A DNA stretch of 61,281 bases, filler included, from 7 parts of 7 records of this genome joined end to end with filler, not necessarily neighbours in it; one strand, 5' to 3'; counted from the whole stretch's first letter, positions 1 through 10,571 are shown. A program made the numbers and translations. Notes: generated by a model from the letters alone, not told the origin.

Positions 1-55
1 GCGATCCCGATTTCGATACCGAATAAGCAGTTGCTGGAGGTTTGGGAGAAGTGTA

Positions 56-87
56 AAAACAAAAACACCCGGCCAAAGGGCCGGGTG
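56..87 (-). terminator. Rho-independent terminator
   Basis: Perfect 9-bp stem CACCCGGCC/GGCCGGGTG (66-87) followed on the minus strand by TTTTTGTTTTT; lies just downstream of ORF 116-442. Confidence 0.75.
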
Positions 88-115
88 CGGATAGGGATGG
101 GGTTGGGCTTAAAAT

Positions 116-442
116 CTAAAACCGATACTTGCAAATAAACCAGGGTGCAAGGGGTGAGGTTGTGATCTCGGAAACGCTCTCCTCTTTTTTGAGGTCTTCC
201 GCCTCATACCAGAGCCACTGAAGATCGAGTTTGATCGCATAGCGGTCGGATAGCTGAATATCCGTGTTGTCCTGAGTCGGATCATCGAGGGAAATGATAA
301 ACTCGTTGGTGTGGTTTGCAGGTCCCTTTATATGGATATGCGCCATTCGAGGTGCTGAGACCAAGGACGAACAGCCTGTGGTCGTCCACACCAAGATCAA
401 GACAATCAAAACGGTGAACAGCTTCTGCTTTGTCATTCGCAT
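116..442 (-). CDS. Small hypothetical exported protein, putative lipoprotein
   Basis: Basic N-terminus, hydrophobic stretch and TTGC lipobox-like motif; followed by a terminator. Confidence 0.6.
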   Translation of the reverse strand: MRMTKQKLFTVLIVLILVWTTTGCSSLVSAPRMAHIHIKGPANHTNEFIISLDDPTQDNTDIQLSDRYAIKLDLQWLWYEAEDLKKEESVSEITTSPLAPWFICKYRF

Positions 443-492
443 CTTTCACCTGCGCGTCATCAATCTTGGTACAATCAAATCGCCTGGTATTG

Positions 493-1419
493 TCAGTCTA
501 AAATATATTTCATCGGGTTTACGGGTACGCCATTGAGACGAACTTCATAGTGAACATGAGGACCGGTGCTGCGCCCCGTATTGCCCATCAGTGCAATGGT
601 CTCTCCCCGTTTGACGCGTTCACCCTTCTTTTTAAGCATTTTATGCAAATGCCCATATCGCGTCAGTAAGCCGTATCCATGATCGATAGTAATCATGTTT
701 CCTATGAGCCATTTGTTTTTTGCATAGGTAACCACGCCGTCCGCAGGGGCGATGATCGGCGTTCCCTGATGGTTGGCGATGTCCAACCCCCTGTGAAACT
801 CTTTGCGACCGGTAAACGGCGATACGCGGTAGCCGAAATCGGACGAGACCCACCCTTTGGCAGGACGCAAGGATGGTGTGGCCGCCAGAAGGTTGCGTTT
901 GCTTTTTAAAGAGGTGAGCAACGTTTCAAAGCTGTTTTGCTGAACGGCGGAGGCTTGGCTGACCTGGTCTATTTGCGCATGCATATCCCGGACAAGCTGG
1001 TCATGATCCTCCTTGAGGGGAAGGTCGGTATCCAGGTCTTCCGGCATGGAACCGCCGATGGCGAAAAGGGAGGCCTGGTCGGCCTTGTGCTCCAGGTTCG
1101 CCAGAATACGTATTTTGTTCTCAAACTCATTGAGCGAGATGAGGTTGGATTTCAACTCATTGATATTATGGGCGAAAGCCTGCAGCTGCTTGTTCTGGTT
1201 TTCGATGTCGGTCTGCTGCTGCATAATCTGAGACCGCATCTGACCTTTCTCCGCAACCGCTCGGTATAGACGCACATAGTGGTAGGCGCCGGTACCGATG
1301 GCCGATATGGCAATAAACGCCACTACAGCCAGTATGGCCATAATTCGTTTGGAGAATGCCCTTTCGCGAACCGGGCTGCCTTTATCGTCGATAACCAGGA
1401 CTGTGAAGTGTTTGCTCAT
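493..1419 (-). CDS. M23 family peptidoglycan metallopeptidase with N-terminal TM and coiled coil
   Basis: FHRGLD (HxxxD), YGHL and TGRSTGPHVHYEV M23 motifs. Confidence 0.95.
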   Translation of the reverse strand: MSKHFTVLVIDDKGSPVRERAFSKRIMAILAVVAFIAISAIGTGAYHYVRLYRAVAEKGQMRSQIMQQQTDIENQNKQLQAFAHNINELKSNLISLNEFENKIRILANLEHKADQASLFAIGGSMPEDLDTDLPLKEDHDQLVRDMHAQIDQVSQASAVQQNSFETLLTSLKSKRNLLAATPSLRPAKGWVSSDFGYRVSPFTGRKEFHRGLDIANHQGTPIIAPADGVVTYAKNKWLIGNMITIDHGYGLLTRYGHLHKMLKKKGERVKRGETIALMGNTGRSTGPHVHYEVRLNGVPVNPMKYILD

Positions 1420-1464
1420 GTGAATGCCGTTTGTCTGTCTACTTTTGGTTAATTCCTATATGCC

Positions 1465-1836
1465 TTAATGAACAGTCGCTATACTCTCTATAGGGACAAT
1501 GGCCAGTTCCACCCGATGATGCCCCCTGAAACGCCCTTGCTTCTCGTTTACGATGTTTTCAATCTGAGTATCGCAAACCTCAGTCTGGAAAGCGGACTCT
1601 CCACAATGGTATTTCATCGGCAAAATATTTCCCACCTTTAGGTGTCGCAGCAAATTTGAGTTGTCTTTAATCAGCAAAAATACCTGGTTGCACTCAGAAC
1701 GCCATAGTTTGAATTGGTAAATGGGGTGTGGCGACTGGATTACGAACTCAACGCTGTGAAAGTGCTCTGGCGGCGCCACTCGTGATTCACCGCATTCAAA
1801 TCCCCTTTGGTCTAAACCGATGATCGGTTGTTTCAT
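1465..1836 (-). CDS. Hypothetical protein, possibly a degenerate PilZ-like beta-barrel
   Basis: 123-aa ORF with GGAGAG upstream and a sigma54 promoter; beta-strand pattern (SVEF..IYQFKLW..LKVGNIL..GRFRGHHRV) reminiscent of delta-proteobacterial PilZ-like proteins. Confidence 0.55.
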   Translation of the reverse strand: MKQPIIGLDQRGFECGESRVAPPEHFHSVEFVIQSPHPIYQFKLWRSECNQVFLLIKDNSNLLRHLKVGNILPMKYHCGESAFQTEVCDTQIENIVNEKQGRFRGHHRVELAIVPIESIATVH

Positions 1837-1892
1837 TTTGCCTTATTCTCTCCATTTCACAGGTCAGATTTTCTATGGACGCGAGAAAATAC

Positions 1893-1908
1893 TGCAAATA
1901 CGGTGCCA
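1893..1908 (-). promoter_or_regulatory. Sigma54 (-24/-12) promoter
   Basis: Minus strand TGGCACCGTATTTGCA = TGGCAC-N5-TTGCA with exact GG-N10-GC spacing, about 57 nt upstream of ORF 1465-1836. Confidence 0.75.
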
Positions 1909-2199
1909 TCGTTTGGGTTCGGCAAAGGCGGCTACATTTTTTGAACAGTTTAGAACATTAACAGCATGCGAGGAGGTGATTTGGCGCGTAATGCCTGCCT
2001 GATGCAGTTTTTGCGCAATTCAATGTGCTGAATGTCGATTGCCGGGCCCTGAGGCCAAAATTGAGGAACGTGACAATATTCGGCAAGCCGGGTGCCGTTG
2101 TTTGTCAATGGATTGAATGTGGCGTCATTTTCCGGATAGGTGAATAGGGAGTGTCTATTCTTGATGAACTGTTTCAAACAATTTGGCTGTAGAATTGGA

Positions 2200-3705
2200 T
2201 CAGATGCCCCTGACTTCGAACTTCGAGATAAGACGCGATAGGTAGGTTCGTTGTATGTCCATCAATTTCGCTGCCTTACTTCTGTTCCCACTGGTGTGCT
2301 TCAAATTGAGAATGATAAATTCTTTTTTGAATTGGTTGAGCGCCTCTTCCAGGGTAAGGCCGACCTGCAGGCCGGGATAGTTGGTACGGCTTGAAGCGAT
2401 CGGCAGATCATCAGGAACTATCTCTTTACCGTTGCCCATGACCACGGCACGCTCGATGGCATTGCGGAACTCCCTGATATTACCAGGCCAATCATATTGA
2501 ACCATCTTGTCCAGGGCTGCACTGGATATGGTGATGTTGGGGGTGACAGTCTCCTCTTTGAAGATAGAAAGAAAGTGCTCGGCGAGCAGGGGAATATCCT
2601 CTTTGCGTTCCCGCAGGGTGGGCATGTTGATTTGAACAACATTGAGACGGTAGTACAGATCTTCGCGGAATTGCCCGTTGGCCACCTCTTCGTCCAGTTT
2701 TTTATTGGTCGCCGAGAGAACACGAACATCCACCGTTATGGGGATGTTGCCACCCACCCGGTAAAAATTGCCCTCCTGCAGCACCCGTAGCAGCTTTGCC
2801 TGCATACCAGGGGTCATCTCTCCGATTTCGTCCAGAAAGATGGTGCCTTCATGGGCCAGTTCGAATTTTCCTATTTTGCGCTTGTCGGCACCCGTAAAAG
2901 ACCCTTTTTCATGGCCAAACAGCTCATCTTCGAGCAATGTCTCAGGCATGGCCGCGCAGTTGAGCACCACCAGTGGTTTGTCCTTGCGCGGGCCTCCACG
3001 GTGAATGAGCCGCGCCAGCAGCTCCTTGCCTGTGCCGCTTTCACCCAAAATCAGTGCACTTGCCTTGGAATTGGCCACCTTCAGCCCATCGGCAATCACC
3101 TTCTCGAGCGCACTGCTTTTCCCGATCATTTCATGGCGGACCTGAAGCTCCTGCTTCAGATCCCGTATCTCCCGTTTGACCTCTTGCATGTTCTGCGCCT
3201 GCCCCAAGGCAAGCGCGGCCAGAGAGGCAAACTCTTCTATGAGTTGGAGATCGCTTTTGCCAATGGGGGTGCCATCTTCCTTGTCAATGATCTGCATCAC
3301 GCCAATGATGGTGTCTTGACTCTTCAATGGAACGCAGGCGATCGATTGTGTTTCAAAGCTAATCGATTCGCTGATCTCCTTGAACCACCTTGGGTCCGTG
3401 CGTACATCGGCAATCAGTAGCGATTGACCACTTTGTGCCACGTGGCCGGCGATGCCCTGGCCCATCTTTATGCGGTACTCTTTGACCTCTTTTTTCTTCT
3501 CGCCGGTGGCGACCTGAAAAAAGAGCGTGTTGGATTTGCGGTCTACGAGCAGTAGCGAAGCCGCTTTAGCTTTAACGACCCGGGCTGCTGATTCGATGAT
3601 CAGTTCAAGGAGTTTGTCCAGGTCTTGTACAGAGGATACCCAGGTGGAGATCTCTTTTAGATGAGAGATAAGGGCAGCATCGCTTGATGAAATTTTTTTG
3701 GCCAT
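2200..3705 (-). CDS. GAF-domain sigma54-dependent transcriptional activator (Fis-type HTH)
   Basis: N-terminal GAF, Walker A GESGTGKE, GSFTGA (GAFTGA variant), FLDEIG, WPGNIRE and C-terminal HTH; start more likely at MAKK (3705) than 3792. Confidence 0.93.
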   Translation of the reverse strand: MAKKISSSDAALISHLKEISTWVSSVQDLDKLLELIIESAARVVKAKAASLLLVDRKSNTLFFQVATGEKKKEVKEYRIKMGQGIAGHVAQSGQSLLIADVRTDPRWFKEISESISFETQSIACVPLKSQDTIIGVMQIIDKEDGTPIGKSDLQLIEEFASLAALALGQAQNMQEVKREIRDLKQELQVRHEMIGKSSALEKVIADGLKVANSKASALILGESGTGKELLARLIHRGGPRKDKPLVVLNCAAMPETLLEDELFGHEKGSFTGADKRKIGKFELAHEGTIFLDEIGEMTPGMQAKLLRVLQEGNFYRVGGNIPITVDVRVLSATNKKLDEEVANGQFREDLYYRLNVVQINMPTLRERKEDIPLLAEHFLSIFKEETVTPNITISSAALDKMVQYDWPGNIREFRNAIERAVVMGNGKEIVPDDLPIASSRTNYPGLQVGLTLEEALNQFKKEFIILNLKHTSGNRSKAAKLMDIQRTYLSRLISKFEVRGI

Positions 3706-4073
3706 AGTTTTCTTGCCAGAGGTCTTGTCGTCGATCATATGGTCAAGCCACAAGGGAACCGGCCCATGAAAGTGGTTGCCGGTACCGGCCAAGAAATATA
3801 GGTCATAATAACCAAGATGGTGAGGGGTGTCAAATCAAACTCTGGAAATTATGACAAAATTTGTTTATTGTGATCGACATGTAAAATGCTTGGAAAGCGG
3901 CTTGGCCTCTTGGTTAAGGCCTGTCTGAAAAAGCGGCAAACTAATTTTGTCTGAATTGATTTGCAGTGAAGTAAAAGTTGAATTTATTTTGCTTTTCCAG
4001 GTTATTTTTTGTGTTAGTGCATGATATGTTGCACTGAACAGCATTACACCCACTTGGGTAAAGGAAGGAGAAA

Positions 4074-5498
4074 ATGTCTCCAGAACCTAAATTTGACCTG
4101 CCTGCAAGGGTGCGCCGAATTCATCTGATCGCCATCTGTGGAACCGCCATGGGGGCTTTGGCCTGTATGCTCAAAGAGATGGGGTATGACGTCACCGGAT
4201 CGGATCAGCATGTCTACCCGCCCATGAGCGATTTTTTGATGAGCAGGGGCATTGCCATCTTCGAGGGGTTCAGTCGTGAACATCTCAAACAGCGACCGGA
4301 CCTGGTGGTGATCGGTAATGCCATATCCAAAGGTAATCCCGAGGTGAAGGCTGTTGAAGAGCTGGGCGTGACCTTCTGCTCCATGCCCCAGGCGATCAAT
4401 CACTTTGCCGCTGCCGGTAAAAAGCAGATCGTCATTACCGGCACGCATGGCAAGACCACCACATCATCGTTTATCGCCTGGCTGTTGCACTGTGCCAAAC
4501 TGGACCCGTCCTTTCTGATTGGCGGGATCATCCCCGATTTCCAAAGCAATTATAAGGTGGGGCAGGGAGATTGGATGGTCCTGGAAGGTGACGAGTACGA
4601 TACCGCCTTTTTCGACAAAGGCCCAAAATTTTTGCACTACACGCCGCAGGTGGCCATTCTCACAAGCGTTGAATTCGATCATGCCGATATCTACACCGAC
4701 CTGGACCATGTCAAGCGCTCCTTTCGATCATTCATCGAAAAGCTCTCCCCCGGTGCCCATCTTGTGGCCTATGATCAGGACAGCAACGTCGCCGAGCTGC
4801 TCCCCGACACCCCGGCTATAATTGTATCCTATGGCCGTCAACACAATTCCCACTGGCGTCTCGGGCAGGTGAAAATCGATCCGCCGTACACCCATTTCGA
4901 AACATACCGGCGTGGGGCACTCTATGCGACTTTCAAAACCCGGATGGTCGGACAGCACAATCTGGCAAATCTGCTGGCCGGCATCGCCGTCGGCGAATAT
5001 CTGAAGCTCGATACCGAAGTGATTGCGCAGGCACTGGAGAGTTTTCAGGGCGTTCGCCGCCGCCAGGAGGTGCGTGGGGTGAAAAACGGCATCGTGGTCA
5101 TTGATGATTTTGCCCACCACCCCACGGCCGTAAAAGCAACTGTCGAGGCGATCAAGACGTTTTATGGCAATCGGCGCCTTTTCGCGATCTTCGAACCACG
5201 CACCAACTCCAGTCGCCGCAACATCTTTCAAAAGGTTTATCCTGACTGTTTTGACGAGGCCGACGTGATTTGCATCCGTCAGGCGCCCCTTCTGGAGAAA
5301 ATTCCCGAAGAGGAGCGCTTTTCATCCGAACAGTTGGCAGCCGATATGCAACGGAAAGGGAAAGAGGCCCATTTTTTCCTGGATACCGACAGCATTATCG
5401 CTTTCGTCACATCTCGGGCGAGAGCCGAAGATGTGCTTCTCATCATGTCTAACGGGGGCTTTGACAATATTCACAAACGCCTGCTGGAGCACCTGTAG
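4074..5498 (+). CDS. mpl: UDP-N-acetylmuramate:L-Ala-gamma-D-Glu-meso-DAP ligase (murein tripeptide ligase)
   Basis: ICGTAMG, GTHGKTTT, EGDEYDTAFFDK, DDFAHHP, FEPRTN and MSNGGF motifs; RBS AGGAG. Confidence 0.93.
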   Translation: MSPEPKFDLPARVRRIHLIAICGTAMGALACMLKEMGYDVTGSDQHVYPPMSDFLMSRGIAIFEGFSREHLKQRPDLVVIGNAISKGNPEVKAVEELGVTFCSMPQAINHFAAAGKKQIVITGTHGKTTTSSFIAWLLHCAKLDPSFLIGGIIPDFQSNYKVGQGDWMVLEGDEYDTAFFDKGPKFLHYTPQVAILTSVEFDHADIYTDLDHVKRSFRSFIEKLSPGAHLVAYDQDSNVAELLPDTPAIIVSYGRQHNSHWRLGQVKIDPPYTHFETYRRGALYATFKTRMVGQHNLANLLAGIAVGEYLKLDTEVIAQALESFQGVRRRQEVRGVKNGIVVIDDFAHHPTAVKATVEAIKTFYGNRRLFAIFEPRTNSSRRNIFQKVYPDCFDEADVICIRQAPLLEKIPEEERFSSEQLAADMQRKGKEAHFFLDTDSIIAFVTSRARAEDVLLIMSNGGFDNIHKRLLEHL

Positions 5499-5608
5499 TT
5501 TAGACCGCTTTCAGTCCTCACCCCTTGCAACGTTGGCTTTCCCACCAAACGGAAGCAAATAACCTTCAAAAGCCAGGGCGCCTATTTGGCCAGTAGCGCC
5601 TAATACGC

Positions 5609-5658
5609 TTGACATCGTTCCTTCTGTTGGTTAACCAGTGGCCTTTGAGCAGTTAACC
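5609..5658 (+). promoter_or_regulatory. birA promoter region with candidate BirA operator
   Basis: TTGACA at 5609-5614; palindrome GGTTAAC-N16-GTTAACC at 5629-5658, the architecture of known BirA operators. Confidence 0.6.
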
Positions 5659-5692
5659 TGTCGCGACATTTGGCATATGAGGATGAGCTCTA

Positions 5693-5979
5693 ATGAAAAC
5701 AGAAATTTTTAACATTTTGGAACAGACCGATGAACCGGTTTCGGGAGAGAAGCTGAGTGAAGCGTTGGGGGTCTCTCGGGTGGCCATATGGAAGCATATT
5801 CGCCAATTGCAGGAAGTCGGTTACGAGATATCGGCCGGTGCCAAGGGGTATCAACTGAACGGTAAACCTGACACGCCATTTCCATGGGTGTTTGGCGATC
5901 GATCCCAATTGGTTCACTACTACCCGGAGGTGACCTCGACCATGGACAGGGCCATGACATTGGCGCGTGAGGGATGCCC
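5693..5979 (+). CDS. birA: Bifunctional biotin operon repressor/biotin-protein ligase (5' fragment, truncated by contig end)
   Basis: wHTH motif SGEKLSEALGVSRVAIWKHI..L..GYEI..GY.L followed by EVTSTMD ligase start. Confidence 0.9.
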
Positions 5980-6079
5980 NNNNNNNNNNNNNNNNNNNNN
6001 NNNNNNNNNNNNNNNNNNNNNNNTTAATTAATTAANNNNNNNNNNNNNNNNNNNNNNNNNNNNNNNNNNNNNNNNNNNN
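5980..6079. other. Artificial contig linker
   Basis: N44-TTAATTAATTAA-N44, which gives stops in all six frames. Confidence 0.98.
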
Positions 6080-7310
6080 GGCCATGCTCATCGATACCCT
6101 CTATGAGCTCGGTGCTGATCTCAGATGGGCGACATGCAATATCTTTTCCACCCAGGATCATGCGGCTGCGGCTATTGCGGAAAAAGGATCGGCAGCGGTT
6201 TTCGCATGGAAAGGGGAGACGCTGGAAGAGTTCTGGTGGTGTACGGAGCAGGCCCTGACATGGCCCGACGGCAGTGGTCCGGATCTCATCGTGGATGATG
6301 GGGGAGACGCCACCTTGTTTGTCCATCAGGGTGTCAAGGTGGAAAAAGATCCCTCCCTTTTTTCCAAGGCACCTGGAAGTGCGGATGAACGCCTTCTCAT
6401 GGAGCGCCTCCGACACAGCTATGAAAAGGATCCCCGGAAGTGGAGCCGTATTGCAGAAAAAATCCAGGGCGTATCCGAAGAGACCACCACCGGTGTTCAC
6501 AGGCTCTACCACTTGGCATCGGAAAATGAGCTACTTTTTCCCGCCATCAACGTCAACGATTCCGTGACCAAGTCGAAATTCGATAATCTGTACGGCTGCC
6601 GGGAGTCCCTTGCCGACGGTATCAAACGAGCGACTGATATTATGCTGTCCGGTAAAGTGGTTGTGGTGGCCGGATACGGCGATGTGGGTAAAGGATGCGC
6701 CGACTCCATGAAAGGGTATGGAGCCAGGGTGATCATTACGGAGATTGATCCCATTTGTGCGCTTCAGGCAGCCATGGAAGGGTATCAGGTGATGACCATG
6801 GAAGAGGCAACGCCGCTGGGAGATATCTTTGTCACGGCAACGGGAAATTACCAGGTGATTCGAAGTGAGCATATTGAAAAGATGCGGGATGAAGCCATCA
6901 TCTGTAATATCGGCCATTTTGATAATGAGATCGAGATGGGTTTTCTGGAAAACAATCCCGCCCATACCAAAACCGTCATCAAGCCCCAGGTGGACAAATG
7001 GACATTGGCGTCGGGCAGATCGGTCATTGTTCTGGCTGAGGGACGTCTGGTCAATTTAGGTTGTGCCACAGGCCACCCCAGCTTTGTTATGAGTTGCAGT
7101 TTCAGCAATCAAGTGTTGGCCCAGATCCAACTGGCGCAAAAAAATCACGATAAACAAGTCTACACGCTGCCCAAAGAGTTGGACGAAGAGGTGGCACGGC
7201 TTCACTTGGATCGATTAGGCGTCCAATTGACCAAACTGTCCAAGGAACAGGCCGACTATATCGGCGTTCCAGTAGATGGCCCTTTTAAGCCGGGCCATTA
7301 CAGATATTAA
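6080..7310 (+). CDS. ahcY: Adenosylhomocysteinase (5'-truncated)
   Basis: [47 protein letters not shown] and C-terminal HYRY. Confidence 0.97.
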
Positions 7311-7363
7311 TTGATACCTAACAAAAACATGACATTTAGGTGAGTTTTGTGTCAAAAATTCAA

Positions 7364-8401
7364 ATGAAGAAAAGTTCAACCGTAACTGCCGTCGGCAACG
7401 CCCTGGTTGATTTATTGATTCATGCAGACGATGACTTTTTAAAAGAAATCGACAAAGAGAAGGGCGGAATGACCCTGGTGGATGATCAAGAAATTCGACA
7501 GGTGTTGTCAAAAAGCGGACAAGAACCGGATGTGGTGCCTGGTGGCTCGGCATGTAATACCATTTGCGGCATTGCCGAGCTCGGGGGAGATTCAGGCTTT
7601 ATCGCCAAAAGAGGCAAGGATACCTACGGGGAGACCTATGAGGCGCATTTAAAAAAAATCGGCGTATCTCCACATTTTTATCAATCGGAGACGCCTACGG
7701 GAAAGGCGCTCTCTATTATTACGCCGGATGCCCAGAGATCCATGCTCACCTGTTTGGGCGCATCTGTGGAGCTGCACCCGGATGAGGTTACCCCCGATTT
7801 GTTCAAAAATTGCGGGATTGCCGTCATTGAAGGATATCTACTGTTTAATCGTGAATTGATGCGGGCGGGTTTGGATGCCGCCAAATCCGCTGAAGCGTTG
7901 GTGGCCCTGGACCTCTCCAGTTATGAAGTGGTGCGAGAATCCATGGATATTCTTGAAGCGATCGTCAAAAATGATGTCGATATTTTGATTGCCAACGAAG
8001 ATGAAGCTGCCGCTTTCACAGGGGAATCCGATGAAATCAAAGCCCTTGAGATCATGTCTGAGTATGTGAAAATTGCTGCACTGAAGGTTGGGGGTAGAGG
8101 AAGTTATATCAGCTGTCAGGGAGACGTGATTCGTATTACCGCCGATGGAAAATCTCATGGGTTGAATTCCATTGATGCCGAAGAAGCGTCAAGAAGTGCC
8201 GGTGCGAATGTCAAAATCAAAGACACGACCGGCGCCGGGGATTTATGGGCCGCTGGATTTCTTTATGGGATTGCCAATGGTTTGTCTCTGGAAAAGAGCG
8301 GACGTATTGGGGCGGCCTGCGGATTTGAAGTTTGTCAGGTTGTCGGAGCCCATATCCCAAAAGAAGGGTGGAAACGGATTGAGACAATAAAGAATTCTTA
8401 A
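7364..8401 (+). CDS. PfkB/ribokinase family kinase, adenosine kinase-like
   Basis: GNALVD, PGGSACN, QRSMLT.LGA and DTTGAGD motifs; directly downstream of ahcY; start could also be 7340. Confidence 0.88.
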   Translation: MKKSSTVTAVGNALVDLLIHADDDFLKEIDKEKGGMTLVDDQEIRQVLSKSGQEPDVVPGGSACNTICGIAELGGDSGFIAKRGKDTYGETYEAHLKKIGVSPHFYQSETPTGKALSIITPDAQRSMLTCLGASVELHPDEVTPDLFKNCGIAVIEGYLLFNRELMRAGLDAAKSAEALVALDLSSYEVVRESMDILEAIVKNDVDILIANEDEAAAFTGESDEIKALEIMSEYVKIAALKVGGRGSYISCQGDVIRITADGKSHGLNSIDAEEASRSAGANVKIKDTTGAGDLWAAGFLYGIANGLSLEKSGRIGAACGFEVCQVVGAHIPKEGWKRIETIKNS

Positions 8402-8435
8402 GGATATTCTTGAAGCGCTCATTTCAGTAAGTAAA

Positions 8436-8485
8436 TGATGAAAGGGCCGGTTGTCGATTTAAAATGCCACACCGGTTCTTTCATC
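8436..8485. terminator. Inverted repeat between convergent genes, probable terminator
   Basis: TGATGAAAG-GGCCGGT ... ACCGGTT-CTTTCATCA between the kinase stop and the amidotransferase stop. Confidence 0.5.
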
Positions 8486-8505
8486 AGACACCGATCAAAT
8501 AACAA

Positions 8506-10092
8506 TCAATGGGCGTGTTTCAAATCGCCGTCAACCGTTCCCCTGACCTTTTCTCTCTCTTCGGCAAAATCGAAACCGGTCCAGATGCCGATGGATCCCA
8601 ATATGGAGTCCTGGGGATGGTACTCTCGGAATATCTTGAAATAGTAAGCCGCTTCCTTGCTGTTGATCACCGCTTTGGGATGTCTTGCCTTGATCTCTTC
8701 AAATTCTTCATCGACCATTTTATTGGCAAGACGTTCTCCAAGATCCTCACATCCGGCTCCCTGGGTGTACTGCACTTTATATCGCCATAGGATCTCATCG
8801 GGAAGATAGTGGGTGCCTTCAAATGCTTTTCTCAAGATCCATTTTTCTATCTTTGCACCCTCATGTTCCCGGATTTTCAACTCTGCCGGAATCCGCATGC
8901 CCAGCTGAATCATTTCGACATCGAGAAACGGAACGCGCAGTTCCAGGCTGAAGTCCATTCCCATGCGGTCTGCCCGCTGTAAGTTGATATTGTGTAAGTT
9001 CTCAATACAGCGTCGTCCTTCGGCATTCATTTTTTCAAACGGGAAATTTTTCATGTACTGATAGCCGTTGAACACTTCATCCGCCCCTTCACCGGTCAAT
9101 ACCACCGTGCAAAACTCAGCAGCCGCCTGACAGGTGAAGTAGCAGGGTACGGCGCACCGAACAAGGGCAGGATCATAGGTTTCCAGCTTATTGATGACAT
9201 GGGGAAGGACATCATAATAATCTTTTTCAGTAAACAGATACTCATGGTGAGTAGAGCCAATATGATCTGCGGCAATCCGAGAGGCTTTGATATCGTCACT
9301 GACATCCCCTGCGTTATCTTTCATACCCACAACAAAGGTATGGAGATTGGGAATTTCATCTGCAGCAATGGCCGCCACAAGACTACTGTCTAATCCGCCG
9401 CTGCAAAAAGAACCCACCGGAATTTCAGGGTCTGCCAACAGGCGTTTCTTGACGGATCGAATAAAGGTGTCTCGAATTTTGTCTTTGGCTTTGTCGATGT
9501 CGGTCAGAAAATGGTCCTGAATTTCAGGAACTTTATAATACTGAACAAATCCCTCTTCAGGTGTGAAATAGTGACCTGCCGGAAATTCATGCACTTCAGG
9601 TACCTCTGCAAGACTCATGGCACCGAGCTCGGAAGTGAAATAAAAGTTATCATTCTTATAGCCGTAGTAGAGCGGTTTGATCCCAACGGGATCTCGTGCC
9701 AGCAGGAAGGACCTTTTATCGTTGTCAAACAGCGCAAAAACGAACATGCCATCCAAGTCCTTGACACACGCCACGCCCTTTTCCTGATAGAGATGTAAGA
9801 CGGTTTCAGAGTCGGACAGGGTAGCAAAGTCGTATTTACTTCTCAGCTTATCCCGAAGTGTTTTGAAATTATAGATCTCGCCGTTGGCAACGATTCCTTT
9901 TGACTTGTCCGATGTCAAGATCGGCTGATGTCCGGTGGCCACATCAACAATCGACAGTCGGGTATGACCGAGGGTAAAATGATCGGAACAGTGAATACCT
10001 CTATCATCGGGTCCCCGGTGGGTCAATGCATCCAGCATCCGGTTAATTGTCTCTTCATCTTTGGTGCCGAAGCATCCCGCGATTCCACACAT
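8506..10092 (-). CDS. AsnB-type (class II) glutamine amidotransferase / asparagine synthase-like protein
   Basis: N-terminal MCGI nucleophile, HRGPD, RLSIVD, NGEIYN, SGGLDSS PP-loop, TGEGADE and RVPFLD; RBS GAGGAGG. Confidence 0.9.
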   Translation of the reverse strand: MCGIAGCFGTKDEETINRMLDALTHRGPDDRGIHCSDHFTLGHTRLSIVDVATGHQPILTSDKSKGIVANGEIYNFKTLRDKLRSKYDFATLSDSETVLHLYQEKGVACVKDLDGMFVFALFDNDKRSFLLARDPVGIKPLYYGYKNDNFYFTSELGAMSLAEVPEVHEFPAGHYFTPEEGFVQYYKVPEIQDHFLTDIDKAKDKIRDTFIRSVKKRLLADPEIPVGSFCSGGLDSSLVAAIAADEIPNLHTFVVGMKDNAGDVSDDIKASRIAADHIGSTHHEYLFTEKDYYDVLPHVINKLETYDPALVRCAVPCYFTCQAAAEFCTVVLTGEGADEVFNGYQYMKNFPFEKMNAEGRRCIENLHNINLQRADRMGMDFSLELRVPFLDVEMIQLGMRIPAELKIREHEGAKIEKWILRKAFEGTHYLPDEILWRYKVQYTQGAGCEDLGERLANKMVDEEFEEIKARHPKAVINSKEAAYYFKIFREYHPQDSILGSIGIWTGFDFAEEREKVRGTVDGDLKHAH

Positions 10093-10571
10093 TGATTCCT
10101 CCTCAACGAAATCTAAGAAAATGTTTTTTTCGTTATCATGGATTTTCTCAAAGAATAATGCTTACTTAAAAATTAATCTTTGGTTTTTTATGTAAAAAAT
10201 AGACTGCGTCATTTAATTAAAAATTATAGTACAAGATGCATTGTTGTCAAATTAATTTTTGAAATAATTATAGTCAAAATTCGAATAAAACATCGACTGA
10301 ATATAAAAAAACATTTGAATAAAGGGGGTTATTTTCACCAGGATTTTGAATCAAGTATTTCAAAATCATCGTGCACCCATTGTATCAAGCAATTATAATG
10401 GGAATTTAATTTGAAAACGAATAATATTCATCATTTCAATTTGATTGCTTCAACCTCACTTTGACAACAAAGCATAAGAAAATTTTTTGATCTATTCGTA
10501 AATCAAACTGTACAAACCATATTAAAAAATGATAGCTCTTAATCTTTTTATTAGCTTAAGGACAAAAATTT

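Noticed and set aside
1-22. CGATnn hexamer-like repeats at the window start
   Set aside because: Too short and truncated to characterise
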